This document shows positions 48,826 through 58,823 of a stretch of DNA of 64,000 bases, one piece after another. The DNA is from Anaerolineales bacterium (GTDB taxonomy: Bacteria; Chloroflexota; Anaerolineae; Anaerolineales; UBA4823): assembly GCA_016929095.1 (NCBI GenBank), contig JAFGJM010000033.1, positions 114,482 to 178,481 of the forward strand, read 5' to 3'. Both the position numbers and the translations under genes were made by a program. Below the pieces are notes generated by a model. That model saw nothing but the letters and a program-made list of their open reading frames with translations, searched no databases and had not been told where the DNA came from. How positions within the stretch are numbered: position 1 is the stretch's first letter; each line of letters begins with the position of its first letter.

Positions 48826-50486
48826 CTTTTACTAAGGTAACCCAATTCCGCTAAAAAACTTTGTACTTTTTCCCAGCCGCCGGGTTTGATAATGATCGAG
48901 GTTGCGCCTAGCGAATCGCCTAAAAACCGGGCAACTTTCGATTCTTTTAATTTCTTAATTAATTCGGCATCTCTCACACGTAACACAGCTACATGTTCCA
49001 GGCGGGCTTCACACCCGTGATTTTCCCAGCGGGAAAGGGCTGTTACTAGAATGGGCGGGATACCGGATGCATAGCGTTGAAGCAAAGATTGCAGTTGTGG
49101 AATATGTAGCCCTTGCCGGATAGCCAGATCTAGTGATTCGGGGGTGATCCGGTAATGGTATTCTGCAGTTTTTTTATGCTCCCAACGACAAAATCGGGAA
49201 ATTTGATAACGCGCTGCTCGTGGTGCAAGAACCGGTATACGTAAACGCCCATCCGCATAGGCATAGATATGCTCATTTTCTTCTTTAAATCCAACGGGTA
49301 TATGACCGGATAGTAAGGATTGTCCCCATGGTGTAATTCGGAAGGCAAGGATGGCGGATGTTTCTTCAGCCGATGCCAGGTCGAGAACACCCATCCAATG
49401 GAGCGGAGCCGTAAGGATGAAACGGATCAAAGCGCCTTCGACGTCATTCCAATGGTCAAAACCGCGCAGACTTGCATTGGTAGAAGCTTGGCGGATATAC
49501 CAGGTGTCGTATTCACCGCCTCTTCGCTGGAAGTCCGGATTTTGTTGATAAATGAAATCGATAAATGCCGGCAAACTCCACCATGTTTTCGGAGGAACTG
49601 CCATGAGGTAGGATAAAACCGCACGGCGGGCTTCTCGCGGATCGTTCTGCCAATTCCCTTCGAAGGCTAATGAGGAAACCATGCGTAAATCATTATATTG
49701 GGAGGATGATACCCAAGCCTGATAAAGCTGGGTTACGGCTTCTGCTCTGGAAGCTTCTAAAAAGGTGCGTGTAGATTCTGGATTGGGAATATCTTTCTCC
49801 CCCAATAAACTGGCTGACCGCAGGCACGCTATAAGGCTGGAAATTGAAGGGGTGGTATATGGTTGTTCGATAGTGGCGGGGATTTTTCCCAGCCATTCTT
49901 CGGCGATGGCATCCAGTTGTTGGCGGTTGTATTCCAGTCTTAAGGCAGCCAGCAGTGTGCAGGTGTGATCGAGGATGGAATCATTTACCAGGAATTGCAT
50001 ACGGCATTCGTCAGACAAGGCTGGTCTTCCGGGAAGGCTATCCTGAGGTTTTTTAATTCGCGGAATGATCGATATTACCTCTTGGGGTATATAGGCAAAT
50101 TCTTCGGAACCCTGGGGTGTTTCTTGAAAAATCCGGAATAAAATACCCCGATACCATAAAACCTCGGTAGATGAAATGGGGGAAAGAAATGGTTTCTCCC
50201 GGTCACGGCGAGCGGCGCCCATCTCTCGTAATTTTCCATATTGTCTGGTAAAGACAGACCAGGGTATGGCGCCCTGGTTTTGAGCGAGATCGCTCAAGGC
50301 TGACTGCCCTTCACTTGTCAATGTTTCGAAAAATTCCGGGTTGGATAATCGTTCGAGGATAGATTTCACCAGGAAGGGGATTAATTCTACATCCTTTACT
50401 GCCGAAAGATTAATTCCCCATAATTCAGCCACAATGTGCAGAAATTCTCCATCTTTATTCTTCAGACTCTGAGCCAGACCAGGCAT
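48822..50486 (-). CDS. XPB/Ssl2 helicase-associated domain protein
   Basis: C-terminal 'YRITPESL..AI..G....L..LL' motif typical of the Helicase_C_3 domain. Confidence 0.65.
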   Translation of the reverse strand: MPGLAQSLKNKDGEFLHIVAELWGINLSAVKDVELIPFLVKSILERLSNPEFFETLTSEGQSALSDLAQNQGAIPWSVFTRQYGKLREMGAARRDREKPFLSPISSTEVLWYRGILFRIFQETPQGSEEFAYIPQEVISIIPRIKKPQDSLPGRPALSDECRMQFLVNDSILDHTCTLLAALRLEYNRQQLDAIAEEWLGKIPATIEQPYTTPSISSLIACLRSASLLGEKDIPNPESTRTFLEASRAEAVTQLYQAWVSSSQYNDLRMVSSLAFEGNWQNDPREARRAVLSYLMAVPPKTWWSLPAFIDFIYQQNPDFQRRGGEYDTWYIRQASTNASLRGFDHWNDVEGALIRFILTAPLHWMGVLDLASAEETSAILAFRITPWGQSLLSGHIPVGFKEENEHIYAYADGRLRIPVLAPRAARYQISRFCRWEHKKTAEYHYRITPESLDLAIRQGLHIPQLQSLLQRYASGIPPILVTALSRWENHGCEARLEHVAVLRVRDAELIKKLKESKVARFLGDSLGATSIIIKPGGWEKVQSFLAELGYLSKS

Positions 50487-50489
50487 AGT

Positions 50490-51407
50490 TTATACAATGG
50501 CTTGAATAGCCCCGGGTATCATCTCGCTGGAAAACCACTGGATATCAGAGTTGAAACCGGCAATAATTTCACCATCTACATGGATGATCATCGGGAGATT
50601 TGATTCAATTTCCAGTTTATGAAAATCGCCCATGATGACTTGTGAAAGGCGACCATGGGTTCCTTTCATGACCTCAGGAAGGATACGCAGCATGGTTAAC
50701 CTGGATACCTGTCGGATACCCGTATATTGATAAACACCATCATCCGGTTTTGCCGTGGGAGCCACCAGGAATCCACCTCCTTCACGGCTGCCATTACAAA
50801 GGACGAATAACAGCAATTTTTCTTCCAGGGATTCGCAGTCGGTTTTAATTTTAAAACATGGCGCTTCATGGTTGAGTAAAATGGTTTGAAGAACTGCCAT
50901 TAAATAAATCAAAAAACCTTTTAGATAAGTAAATTTTCGAGAACGGATGGTGACGGTTGCATCAAAACCTATGCCTATGGCGTTGGCCCAATATTCAATT
51001 CTTCCATGGTCATCCACCATTCTTCCGACATCGATCTGTTTGATTTTTCCGGTAAAAATTTGACGTACAGCCATTTCCGGAAGCGGATTCATACCGATAG
51101 CATGGGCAAAATCGTTCCCAGAACCCAGGGGAATAACGCCTAATTTAGGGCGTTTTTCTTTAGGAAATTGCATAAAGGCATTGATAACTTCGTGCGTTGT
51201 TCCATCACCGCCGCCGGCAATGATCAAAGAGTAATCGTCTTCTATGGCTCTGCGTGTGATTTCAATAGCATGCGATGGATAGACTGTTCCGATCCAATCT
51301 GCACCGCCTAATTCATCCACAATAGAGCGTAAGAGAGCAGCTTTGATTCGAGCTCGCCCGAGATCAGCATTGGGATTTACGATGATAATGGCTTTATGTT
51401 TTCCCAT
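50490..51407 (-). CDS. Diacylglycerol kinase family (YegS/BmrU-like) lipid kinase
   Basis: VNPNA, GGDGT, PLGSGNDF, GFDA, VDGE. Confidence 0.9.
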   Translation of the reverse strand: MGKHKAIIIVNPNADLGRARIKAALLRSIVDELGGADWIGTVYPSHAIEITRRAIEDDYSLIIAGGGDGTTHEVINAFMQFPKEKRPKLGVIPLGSGNDFAHAIGMNPLPEMAVRQIFTGKIKQIDVGRMVDDHGRIEYWANAIGIGFDATVTIRSRKFTYLKGFLIYLMAVLQTILLNHEAPCFKIKTDCESLEEKLLLFVLCNGSREGGGFLVAPTAKPDDGVYQYTGIRQVSRLTMLRILPEVMKGTHGRLSQVIMGDFHKLEIESNLPMIIHVDGEIIAGFNSDIQWFSSEMIPGAIQAIV

Positions 51408-51411
51408 TTTT

Positions 51412-52191
51412 TTATTTTGCAGATTGATACCGTGTTTTTAATGCACCCGTTGGGACGAAGATCAATCCCTCTTGAGTATCCCCCACGCTGGTGGATTGAT
51501 CGGGATGGTTTACTATCCACCAGGCTGTGAAAGCTGCTACAAGGGCATCCAATTCTTCAGCTGATAATAATAAATCTAAAGGCAGGCTGCCGGTGAGAAT
51601 GCGGTGGCGGGTAATCTCTTCAAGGAAACGCATGGGATCGGCGACATTAATATTATTTTCATAAAGGATGAGCTGTCGTTGTAAACGGCCTTCCAGGCTG
51701 TGTTTAGGATAGGGACTTTTTTCCAATAACACTGTATAACTGGCGTGCGGATAGACTTCCAAATATTGATGCGGGTCATTATCGGACGGGTAGGGTTGAT
51801 AACCAAGTTTTTCAAGACGCTGAAAAATTTTAAATCCCATTTTCATCCAGCGAGGGCACTTACTTTCTTCAGCGGGGGTTTGAGGGATGGTGATATGACG
51901 GCAACGTAATTGATATTCAGCGACCCGATAATTAATCCATCTGCCAAGACGCGGTGGCGGGATAAGCCTGGCGCGGACTTCGTCTTGTTGCATCAAACCC
52001 ATATTGGGGCGGTTTGGGGCGCAAACGGCAATAACCGCACTGGCTTGCCCGGCAACAAAAGCCAGCGTTTCATCAATACTGCCATGACATATCGATAGGA
52101 TATTTAATCCTTGATCGATCGCCACATAGGTCAGGGGGCGTTTTCCCGCAGTGGGATCGATTCCCAGAAAAGTGCTTTGATTGAATAACAT
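51412..52191 (-). CDS. DUF429-like RNase H-fold protein
   Basis: LGID, 'RVAEY', 'LEVYPHA', 'ELDALVAA'. Confidence 0.75.
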   Translation of the reverse strand: MLFNQSTFLGIDPTAGKRPLTYVAIDQGLNILSICHGSIDETLAFVAGQASAVIAVCAPNRPNMGLMQQDEVRARLIPPPRLGRWINYRVAEYQLRCRHITIPQTPAEESKCPRWMKMGFKIFQRLEKLGYQPYPSDNDPHQYLEVYPHASYTVLLEKSPYPKHSLEGRLQRQLILYENNINVADPMRFLEEITRHRILTGSLPLDLLLSAEELDALVAAFTAWWIVNHPDQSTSVGDTQEGLIFVPTGALKTRYQSAK

Positions 52192-52396
52192 TCTTTGATT
52201 CCCTGGTATGAGTTTAGCGCAATATCATCGGAAATGCAAATGAAATATGGAAATCTGTCATGGGAATAATCATACACCTATCTTTTGACGAGAAGGCAAG
52301 GCTAGGCTATACTAATGAAAAGCGAATTCTATGTGACGGGAAAACCAAATAAAATTTTTGTGTTCATACTTTTATCGATATATGGAGGTTAGTGCA

Positions 52397-53971
52397 ATGG
52401 CTGAAAAATTTATTATGACGTACGCGACCATGTTCAACCCCCCCGAAGAGTTGCACACGCGCTTCGAGGAAGCCTTGGCAGGTATAAAAGCCAAATTGGG
52501 TCAAGAATATGGCATGATCATTAATAATAAAGATTGTTTTGCGGCCGAGAAGTTCGAGGATCGATCCCCTGCCAATACCGATGTGGTCTTGGGGGTATTT
52601 CAAAAGGGAAGTGAGAAAGATGCCCAGGAGGCGTTGGCTGCGGCGCGCAAAGCGTTTCCCGTTTGGAGTGGGATGAAATGGCAAGATCGGGTTGCTTTGA
52701 TCAGAAAAGTTGCAGATATCATCGACGAGCGAACTTTCACCATCAGCGCAGCGCTGGCGATGGAAGTTGGTAAGAATCGGATGGAAGCCATCGGTGATGT
52801 GGCGGAGACGGCCGATTTGGTGCGTTATTCTTGCTATCAAATGGAAAAGAACGACGGTTTCATCGTTGAAATGGGACGCGACCCCTTGGTGGGGTATTCT
52901 TCTACCAATGTTTCAGTTTTACGACCTTATGGTGTGTGGCTGGTAATCAGCCCCTTCAATTTCCCGGCAGCTTTAACAGGTGGTCCGTCGGGGGCGGCTT
53001 TAGCAACCGGAAATACATTGATCATGAAACCAGCCACCGACACGCCCATGACTGTAAGATTACTGGCAGAATGTTTCCGAGATGCCGGTTTACCCGAAGG
53101 CGTTGTTAATTATGTTACCGGACCGGGCAGAACTTTAGGACAGACTCTGATTGATAGTCCTGAGGTAGATGGCGTCACGTTCACCGGTTCGATGGATGTT
53201 GGTATGAAGATCTTCCGCGATTTTGGAAATGGAAAGTATGTACGCCCAACCGTTTTGGAATTAGGCGGCAAGAATCCGGCTATTGTGTCTCGAAACGCCG
53301 ATTTGGAACGAGCAGGCATCGGTATCGTTCGGTCTGCATTTGGGTTGCAAGGACAAAAATGCTCGGCTTGTTCCCGTGTCTTTGTAGAAGAACCTTTATT
53401 TGATGAACTGGTGGAGCGGGTTGTTGCATTGACAGAAAAACTGGTGGTTGGCGATCCAACCGATAGAAGCGTTTTCCTGGGCCCGGTGGTCAATAAGAGC
53501 AGCTATGAGGATTATAAGAAATTCGTGGAGGAATTATCCAAAGCAGGCAAGATTCTCACCGGTGGAAAAGTATTAACCGATGGTGATTATGCCAAAGGAT
53601 ATTTCTGCGCGCCAACCCTGGTGGTCGATTTACCGTATTCTCATAATCTTTGGAAACAGGAAATGTTCCTGCCTATCACTACGATTGGTAAAGTGAAAAA
53701 TTTGGATGAGGCTATGCAACTGGCAAACGATGTGGATTACGGCCTCACTGCGGGATTCTATGGTTCTAAAGAAGAGACAACCTGGTTCTTCAAAAATATT
53801 CATGCCGGCGTCACCTATGCAAACAGACCACAAGGCGCGACCACAGGTGCGTGGCCGGGCTTTCAGCCTTTCGGCGGATGGAAAGGCTCCGGTTCAACCG
53901 GGAAAAATGCCGGTGGACATTACTACCTGCCGCTATACATGCATGAACAAATACAAACATTAGTCGAGTAA
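52397..53971 (+). CDS. Aldehyde dehydrogenase (P5C-dehydrogenase-like)
   Basis: SPFNFP, FTGS, ELGGKN, GQKCSAC, EMFLP, QPFGG; GGAGG before ATG 52397. Confidence 0.9.
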   Translation: MAEKFIMTYATMFNPPEELHTRFEEALAGIKAKLGQEYGMIINNKDCFAAEKFEDRSPANTDVVLGVFQKGSEKDAQEALAAARKAFPVWSGMKWQDRVALIRKVADIIDERTFTISAALAMEVGKNRMEAIGDVAETADLVRYSCYQMEKNDGFIVEMGRDPLVGYSSTNVSVLRPYGVWLVISPFNFPAALTGGPSGAALATGNTLIMKPATDTPMTVRLLAECFRDAGLPEGVVNYVTGPGRTLGQTLIDSPEVDGVTFTGSMDVGMKIFRDFGNGKYVRPTVLELGGKNPAIVSRNADLERAGIGIVRSAFGLQGQKCSACSRVFVEEPLFDELVERVVALTEKLVVGDPTDRSVFLGPVVNKSSYEDYKKFVEELSKAGKILTGGKVLTDGDYAKGYFCAPTLVVDLPYSHNLWKQEMFLPITTIGKVKNLDEAMQLANDVDYGLTAGFYGSKEETTWFFKNIHAGVTYANRPQGATTGAWPGFQPFGGWKGSGSTGKNAGGHYYLPLYMHEQIQTLVE

Positions 53972-54039
53972 TCGTTTTTTTGGAATACAGCCGTAAATTG
54001 AATAAACCCCCAATGGGGTTCTCAAAGAAGTCACTACAG

Positions 54040-54100
54040 TCAAATTGAGCGAAGCGAAACAGCTATACAGAGAAGAGCCTTCGCTTCGCTCAAAGTGATA
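54040..54100. repeat. REP-like palindrome (GAGCGAAGCGAA family)
   Basis: TTGAGCGAAGCGAA ... TTCGCTTCGCTCAA inverted repeat downstream of the ALDH gene. Confidence 0.7.
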
Positions 54101-54386
54101 GCCGGATTTTCGGGCAGTTCCGTTGGGAAAATGATTTGGTAGGATAATAGTTTTTTACTAGAATTGACCTTGCGTTACAAAATTGCATAACTTTCTTTTT
54201 TTATTCGTGTTATATTATCGGTCGATTTTTTTACCGGATGCGGATAGACAGATTTTTTTGTTAATGCTGTCATCACCAGGGAATGTTACCTGGAATAATT
54301 CTTATGTAAGATTGAGTAACTGAACCGTTGAGCAAATTGATTAGACCATTTTATAGAACCGATCACAACCAAAAGAAAGAACAACT

Positions 54387-55289
54387 ATGACCAAATTAAT
54401 CACATTGTCGGAAGCGATAAACAAATTTGTAGAAGATGGCGATACAGTGTATGCCGCAGGGTTCACGCATATGATTCCATTTGCAGCCGGGCATGAGATC
54501 ATCCGTCAGGAGAAGAAAAACCTGATCCTGGCGCGTGCCACACCCGATTTGATATATGATCAAATGGTAGCTGCAGGGTGTGCAAAAAAAGTGATTTTCT
54601 CATACATAGGGAATCCTGGCGTAGGCTCTTTACGATTTGTACGGGCGGAAATCGAAGCCGGTAGATTGGAATGGGAAGAGTATTCCCATTTCAGCATGAT
54701 TTCTCGCCTGCAAGCCGGCGCGACCGGGTTACCCTTCATGCCGATGAACCCTACGGCTGCAAAGGATTTGGAAAAAGCCAATCCTTTTTATCGCACCGTT
54801 ATAGACCCATATACTGGAGGGGAGGTGGTCGTCGTGCCGCCGCTTAAACCCGATGTGGCGATTGTGCATGTACAGAGAGTCGACGCCGAGGGAAATGCTC
54901 AGATTTGGGGCATCATAGGGGAACAAAAGGAAGCCGCTTTTGCTGCAGAGCGCGTGATTGTGACCGCAGAAGAAATCGTAGACGAAGCGATTATCCGATC
55001 TGACCCAAACCGGACAGTTATCCCAGGCTTTATCGTGGATGCGGTATGCCATGTGCCGTATTGCGCTCATCCTTCTTATACTCAGGGATATTATGACCGC
55101 GATAATTCATTCTATCTGGCGTGGGATGAGATCAGTAAAACTCCCGAATCAGTAAACGCATATCTGGATGAATGGGTCTATGGTATTGCTGACCGGATGG
55201 AATATTGGGAAAAATTAGGCGCCGAAGTGCATGAACGTTTGAAAGTTGCCAGTTTACCCAGCGCAACCGTTGACTACGGTAAATACTAA
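54387..55289 (+). CDS. Family I CoA-transferase subunit A (glutaconate/3-oxoadipate-type)
   Basis: 'PFAAGHEIIRQ', 'PDVAIVHVQRVD..GN', 'HPSY..GYY'. Confidence 0.88.
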   Translation: MTKLITLSEAINKFVEDGDTVYAAGFTHMIPFAAGHEIIRQEKKNLILARATPDLIYDQMVAAGCAKKVIFSYIGNPGVGSLRFVRAEIEAGRLEWEEYSHFSMISRLQAGATGLPFMPMNPTAAKDLEKANPFYRTVIDPYTGGEVVVVPPLKPDVAIVHVQRVDAEGNAQIWGIIGEQKEAAFAAERVIVTAEEIVDEAIIRSDPNRTVIPGFIVDAVCHVPYCAHPSYTQGYYDRDNSFYLAWDEISKTPESVNAYLDEWVYGIADRMEYWEKLGAEVHERLKVASLPSATVDYGKY

Positions 55290-55313
55290 TAGAGTGTTGA
55301 ATAACAATATACC

Positions 55314-56090
55314 ATGAATGAGATTACATATACTTCATCTGAACTTTTAACCATTAACGCCTCCCGTCTATTACGGGACGGAGATGTGGTTTTTGTGGGT
55401 GTAGGACTCCCCAACCTGGCTTGTAACCTGGCACGACGGACGCACGCCCCAAACCTGGTCATGATCTATGAAGCCGGGGTGATCGGAGCGCAGCCAGCGC
55501 GCTTGCCGTTATCTATAGGCGATCCAACTCTGGTGAGCGGGGCGCTTTCTGTCTGCAGTATGTACGATATTTTTGCATTCTACTTGCAACGCGGCAACGT
55601 CGACGTGGGATTTTTAGGCGGCGCGCAAATCGATCGCTTCGGGAATATCAATGCCACAGTCATTGGCGAATATGATCACCCAAAGGTACGCTTACCCGGT
55701 TCGGGCGGTTCAATGGAAATTGCAGCCTGGGCTAATCGATGTTATATCATCACGCCTCACCAAAAACGGCGTTTTCCCGAAAAAGTACATTTCCGTACTT
55801 CGGCCGGATATTTGAGTGGTAGATCTGAACGTGAGGCAGCCAGACTACACGGCGCCGGTCCTTTAGCTGTTGTTACCGACCTGGGTGTCATGGAACCAGA
55901 CGAAACCGGTGAATTGGTTTTAACCGCTTTGCATCCTGGCGCCAGTGAAGAGCAGGCACGCGAGAATACGGGTTGGGATTTAAAAGTAGCATCCAATTTA
56001 AAAACCACCGATCCATTAACGGCAGTGGAACTGGGGATTTTACGCAACGAACTCGATCCGGAGCGCATTTACCTTAAAGGAGGGGAGTAA
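55314..56090 (+). CDS. Family I CoA-transferase subunit B
   Basis: 'VGVGLP', 'IYEAG' (catalytic Glu), 'GGAQIDRFGNIN', 'LPGSGG'. Confidence 0.88.
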   Translation: MNEITYTSSELLTINASRLLRDGDVVFVGVGLPNLACNLARRTHAPNLVMIYEAGVIGAQPARLPLSIGDPTLVSGALSVCSMYDIFAFYLQRGNVDVGFLGGAQIDRFGNINATVIGEYDHPKVRLPGSGGSMEIAAWANRCYIITPHQKRRFPEKVHFRTSAGYLSGRSEREAARLHGAGPLAVVTDLGVMEPDETGELVLTALHPGASEEQARENTGWDLKVASNLKTTDPLTAVELGILRNELDPERIYLKGGE

Positions 56091-56119
56091 CCATCAGCGC
56101 TTCTTCTGTTACTTCGTTT

Positions 56120-56998
56120 TTGTCCCGTGTATTCATGTCACCCGGCGAACGACGATTACGCGCCGGGTGGCGTCTGTTAGGGCAAGGCATGATTTTTTTT
56201 GCTCTCACATTAGTGTTAACCATTCCTGCGATTTTTTGGCAAGGACTTGATTTTGATGTTTATTCTTTATTGGCGCAATTTATTACCTTTTTGGCAGTCA
56301 CGATTTCGGTGTTTATTGCCAGGCGGCTTTTTGATCGGCGTTCAATACGAAGCCTTGGATTTACATGGAATTGGCAGGCATTGGCCGATTTGGCGGTTGG
56401 ATTTTTTATCGCCGGTTTAATGATGGGCTTGATCTTCCTGATTGAGTGGGCTGCCGGATGGTTGAAGATTGAGGGGTTTGCCTGGCAGCAATATTCGTTT
56501 ACTCAAATCGTCAAAGATATCGTGTACATGCTCGGGATATTTATCCTGGTGGGATGGCAGGAAGAATTATCAAGCCGCGGCTACCAATTGCAAAATCTGG
56601 CGCAGGGGTTGAATTTGTTTTGGGGCGTTATCCTTTCCTCAGCAGTGTTCGCTATCCTACATTTGAGTAATCCGTCCGTTTCCTTCATGGCCGTGATCGG
56701 TCTGTTCATTTCCGGACTATTTCTTGCTTATGGTTATGTAACCACACGATTGTTATGGCTGCCAATTGGATTACATATTGGCTGGAATTTCTTCGAGGGC
56801 ACGGTATTTGGATTTGAAGTCAGTGGCGTGGTAGGATGGCCGCGCCTGATCTATCAAACCGTGGAAGGTAATCCTCTGTTTACGGGGGGAAAGTTTGGAC
56901 CGGAAGCCGGGATCGTATTATTACCAGGAGTAATTTTGGGTATATTAATGGTTTATCTCTATACACGCGATCGGGAAATTCACACTTCCAGCTCTTGA
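56120..56998 (+). CDS. CPBP (Abi/CAAX) intramembrane glutamic endopeptidase
   Basis: 'EEL..RGY', 'FAILH', 'LHIGWN'. Confidence 0.88.
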   Translation: MSRVFMSPGERRLRAGWRLLGQGMIFFALTLVLTIPAIFWQGLDFDVYSLLAQFITFLAVTISVFIARRLFDRRSIRSLGFTWNWQALADLAVGFFIAGLMMGLIFLIEWAAGWLKIEGFAWQQYSFTQIVKDIVYMLGIFILVGWQEELSSRGYQLQNLAQGLNLFWGVILSSAVFAILHLSNPSVSFMAVIGLFISGLFLAYGYVTTRLLWLPIGLHIGWNFFEGTVFGFEVSGVVGWPRLIYQTVEGNPLFTGGKFGPEAGIVLLPGVILGILMVYLYTRDREIHTSSS

Positions 56999-57004
56999 AC
57001 AGCT

Positions 57005-58555
57005 ATGATGAATTTTTTACTTTCCCTCACACCAATTATTTTAATCCTTATCCTGATGGTGGGATATAAATGGAGTGCAGCCCGGGCTGGCGCTGCGGGA
57101 TATCTATGGGTGTTGTGTTTGGCTGTCCTTTTCTTCGGCGCAAACCCCAAATTATTAGCTTATGCCCACACCAAAGCATTGTTGTTAACCATCGATGTTT
57201 TGATGATCGTATGGACGGCGTTTTTGCTTTACCGGGTTACCGATGAAGCAGGTGCAATAAAAACCATCGGCGAAGCCTTGCCTCACCTCACAAACGATAA
57301 GGGAATGCAGATTATCGTGATTGGCTGGGTGTTTGCTTCTTTCTTACAGGGTGTGGGCGGATTTGGTGTACCGGTGGCAGTCACGGCGCCCATGCTGGTT
57401 GGCTTGGGGTTTTCACCACTGGTAGCAGTGGTCAGCGGTTCGGTTGGACACGCCTGGGCAGTCACCTTTGGTTCGATGGGATCCTCATTTCAAGCGTTAA
57501 TTGCTTCGACGAACCTGCCGGATTATATGCTGGCGCCTTATGCCGCCATCTTCCTGGGAATTGCCGGGATCGCTGGGGGCTTTATGGTGGCTTATATTTG
57601 CGGCGGATGGAAAGCCTTACGCCGGTTATATGGCGTTGTTATCATTATTGGTTTGGTGATGGGATTTGCTCATTATTGTGTGGCCGTCACCCGATTGTGG
57701 AATATCGCTTCATTTGTGGGTGGAATTGCCGGTTTGGTCGTCGCCTTTCCATTGGCGCGGCGTTTCCGAGGGGAACAAACCGACAATGGTGTATTGAACT
57801 GGAAAGCGTTAGCCGTAGCCCTTTTAGGATACCTGGTTCTGATTATCGTAATATTAATCGTGCAGGTTTTTCCACCGGTCAAACAAATCCTCAGCAAAGT
57901 GGTGCTCTCGGTGGAGTTCCCGGAAATTTCCACTTCAAGCGGAATCCTGGGTAATGCCCCTTTTGTCACACCAGCTGGTTCCGGAAGAAATATCGTCCTA
58001 TTTCGACACACCGGCATGGTGCTGTTGTACACATCGATTCTGGCATATGTGATCTATCGTTGGGCAGGATGTTATTCACGCGGTTCGGCACAGCGAATTA
58101 TTAACGGTACACTTTCCAGTGTGCTATCGTCCAGTGTGAGTATTACCTCTATGGTGACCATGGCGGTAATTATGGAACATACCGGCATGACCGATATCCT
58201 GGCGCGAGGAATGGCGAGCGGTGTAGGGGTATTGTTCCCGCTTGTATCTCCCTGGATCGGTGGATTGGGCGCGTTTATTACCGGAAGCAACACAAATTCC
58301 AATGTGGTTTTTGCGGGACTGCAGATGCAAACTGCGTTATTACTCAAACTCAATGTCGCCATCATTCTGGCAGGTCAGACAGCGGGTGGGGCATTAGCTT
58401 CCGCCATTGCGCCGACGAAAATTATTGTTGGCGCAAGCACCGCAGGGATGGCAGGCAAGGAGGGCGAGGTGATGCGTTTACTGGCGCCCTATATCGGAAT
58501 GTTAATCGTAATTATCAGCATCTTGACTGTTTTGGGGGTGTGGTTAGTTATTTAA
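57005..58555 (+). CDS. L-lactate permease family transporter
   Basis: 'FLQG..GFGVP', 'TGSNTNSN', multiple TM segments. Confidence 0.85.
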   Translation: MMNFLLSLTPIILILILMVGYKWSAARAGAAGYLWVLCLAVLFFGANPKLLAYAHTKALLLTIDVLMIVWTAFLLYRVTDEAGAIKTIGEALPHLTNDKGMQIIVIGWVFASFLQGVGGFGVPVAVTAPMLVGLGFSPLVAVVSGSVGHAWAVTFGSMGSSFQALIASTNLPDYMLAPYAAIFLGIAGIAGGFMVAYICGGWKALRRLYGVVIIIGLVMGFAHYCVAVTRLWNIASFVGGIAGLVVAFPLARRFRGEQTDNGVLNWKALAVALLGYLVLIIVILIVQVFPPVKQILSKVVLSVEFPEISTSSGILGNAPFVTPAGSGRNIVLFRHTGMVLLYTSILAYVIYRWAGCYSRGSAQRIINGTLSSVLSSSVSITSMVTMAVIMEHTGMTDILARGMASGVGVLFPLVSPWIGGLGAFITGSNTNSNVVFAGLQMQTALLLKLNVAIILAGQTAGGALASAIAPTKIIVGASTAGMAGKEGEVMRLLAPYIGMLIVIISILTVLGVWLVI

Positions 58556-58574
58556 TATATCGAGGTTTGATGTT

Positions 58575-58754
58575 ATGACTTTATTGAAATGGATGCGTTC
58601 CCATAAGCCCACAAGTTTTTTGATTGCCTTGTTGTTAATGACAGTACCTTCAGCCGGGCTGTTTTCTGCAGCTAATAATACAGCGGTTCCATGGATTTGG
58701 GTTGGCATCAGCCTGATAATCTTGGGGAATGTCATCGCACTGCTAGTAAAATAA
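58575..58754 (+). CDS. Small two-TM protein (59 aa, below the ORF-track cut-off)
   Basis: GAGG at 58562; MTLLKWMRSHKPTSFLIALLLMTVPSAGLFSAANNTAVPWIWVGISLIILGNVIALLVK*. Confidence 0.6.
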   Translation: MTLLKWMRSHKPTSFLIALLLMTVPSAGLFSAANNTAVPWIWVGISLIILGNVIALLVK

Positions 58755-58823
58755 CGCTATCTTGCATTAAAATGGGGAGTGTAAGTATCAGATTTATTGA
58801 TAATTTTTCTTGGGAGATCAACA

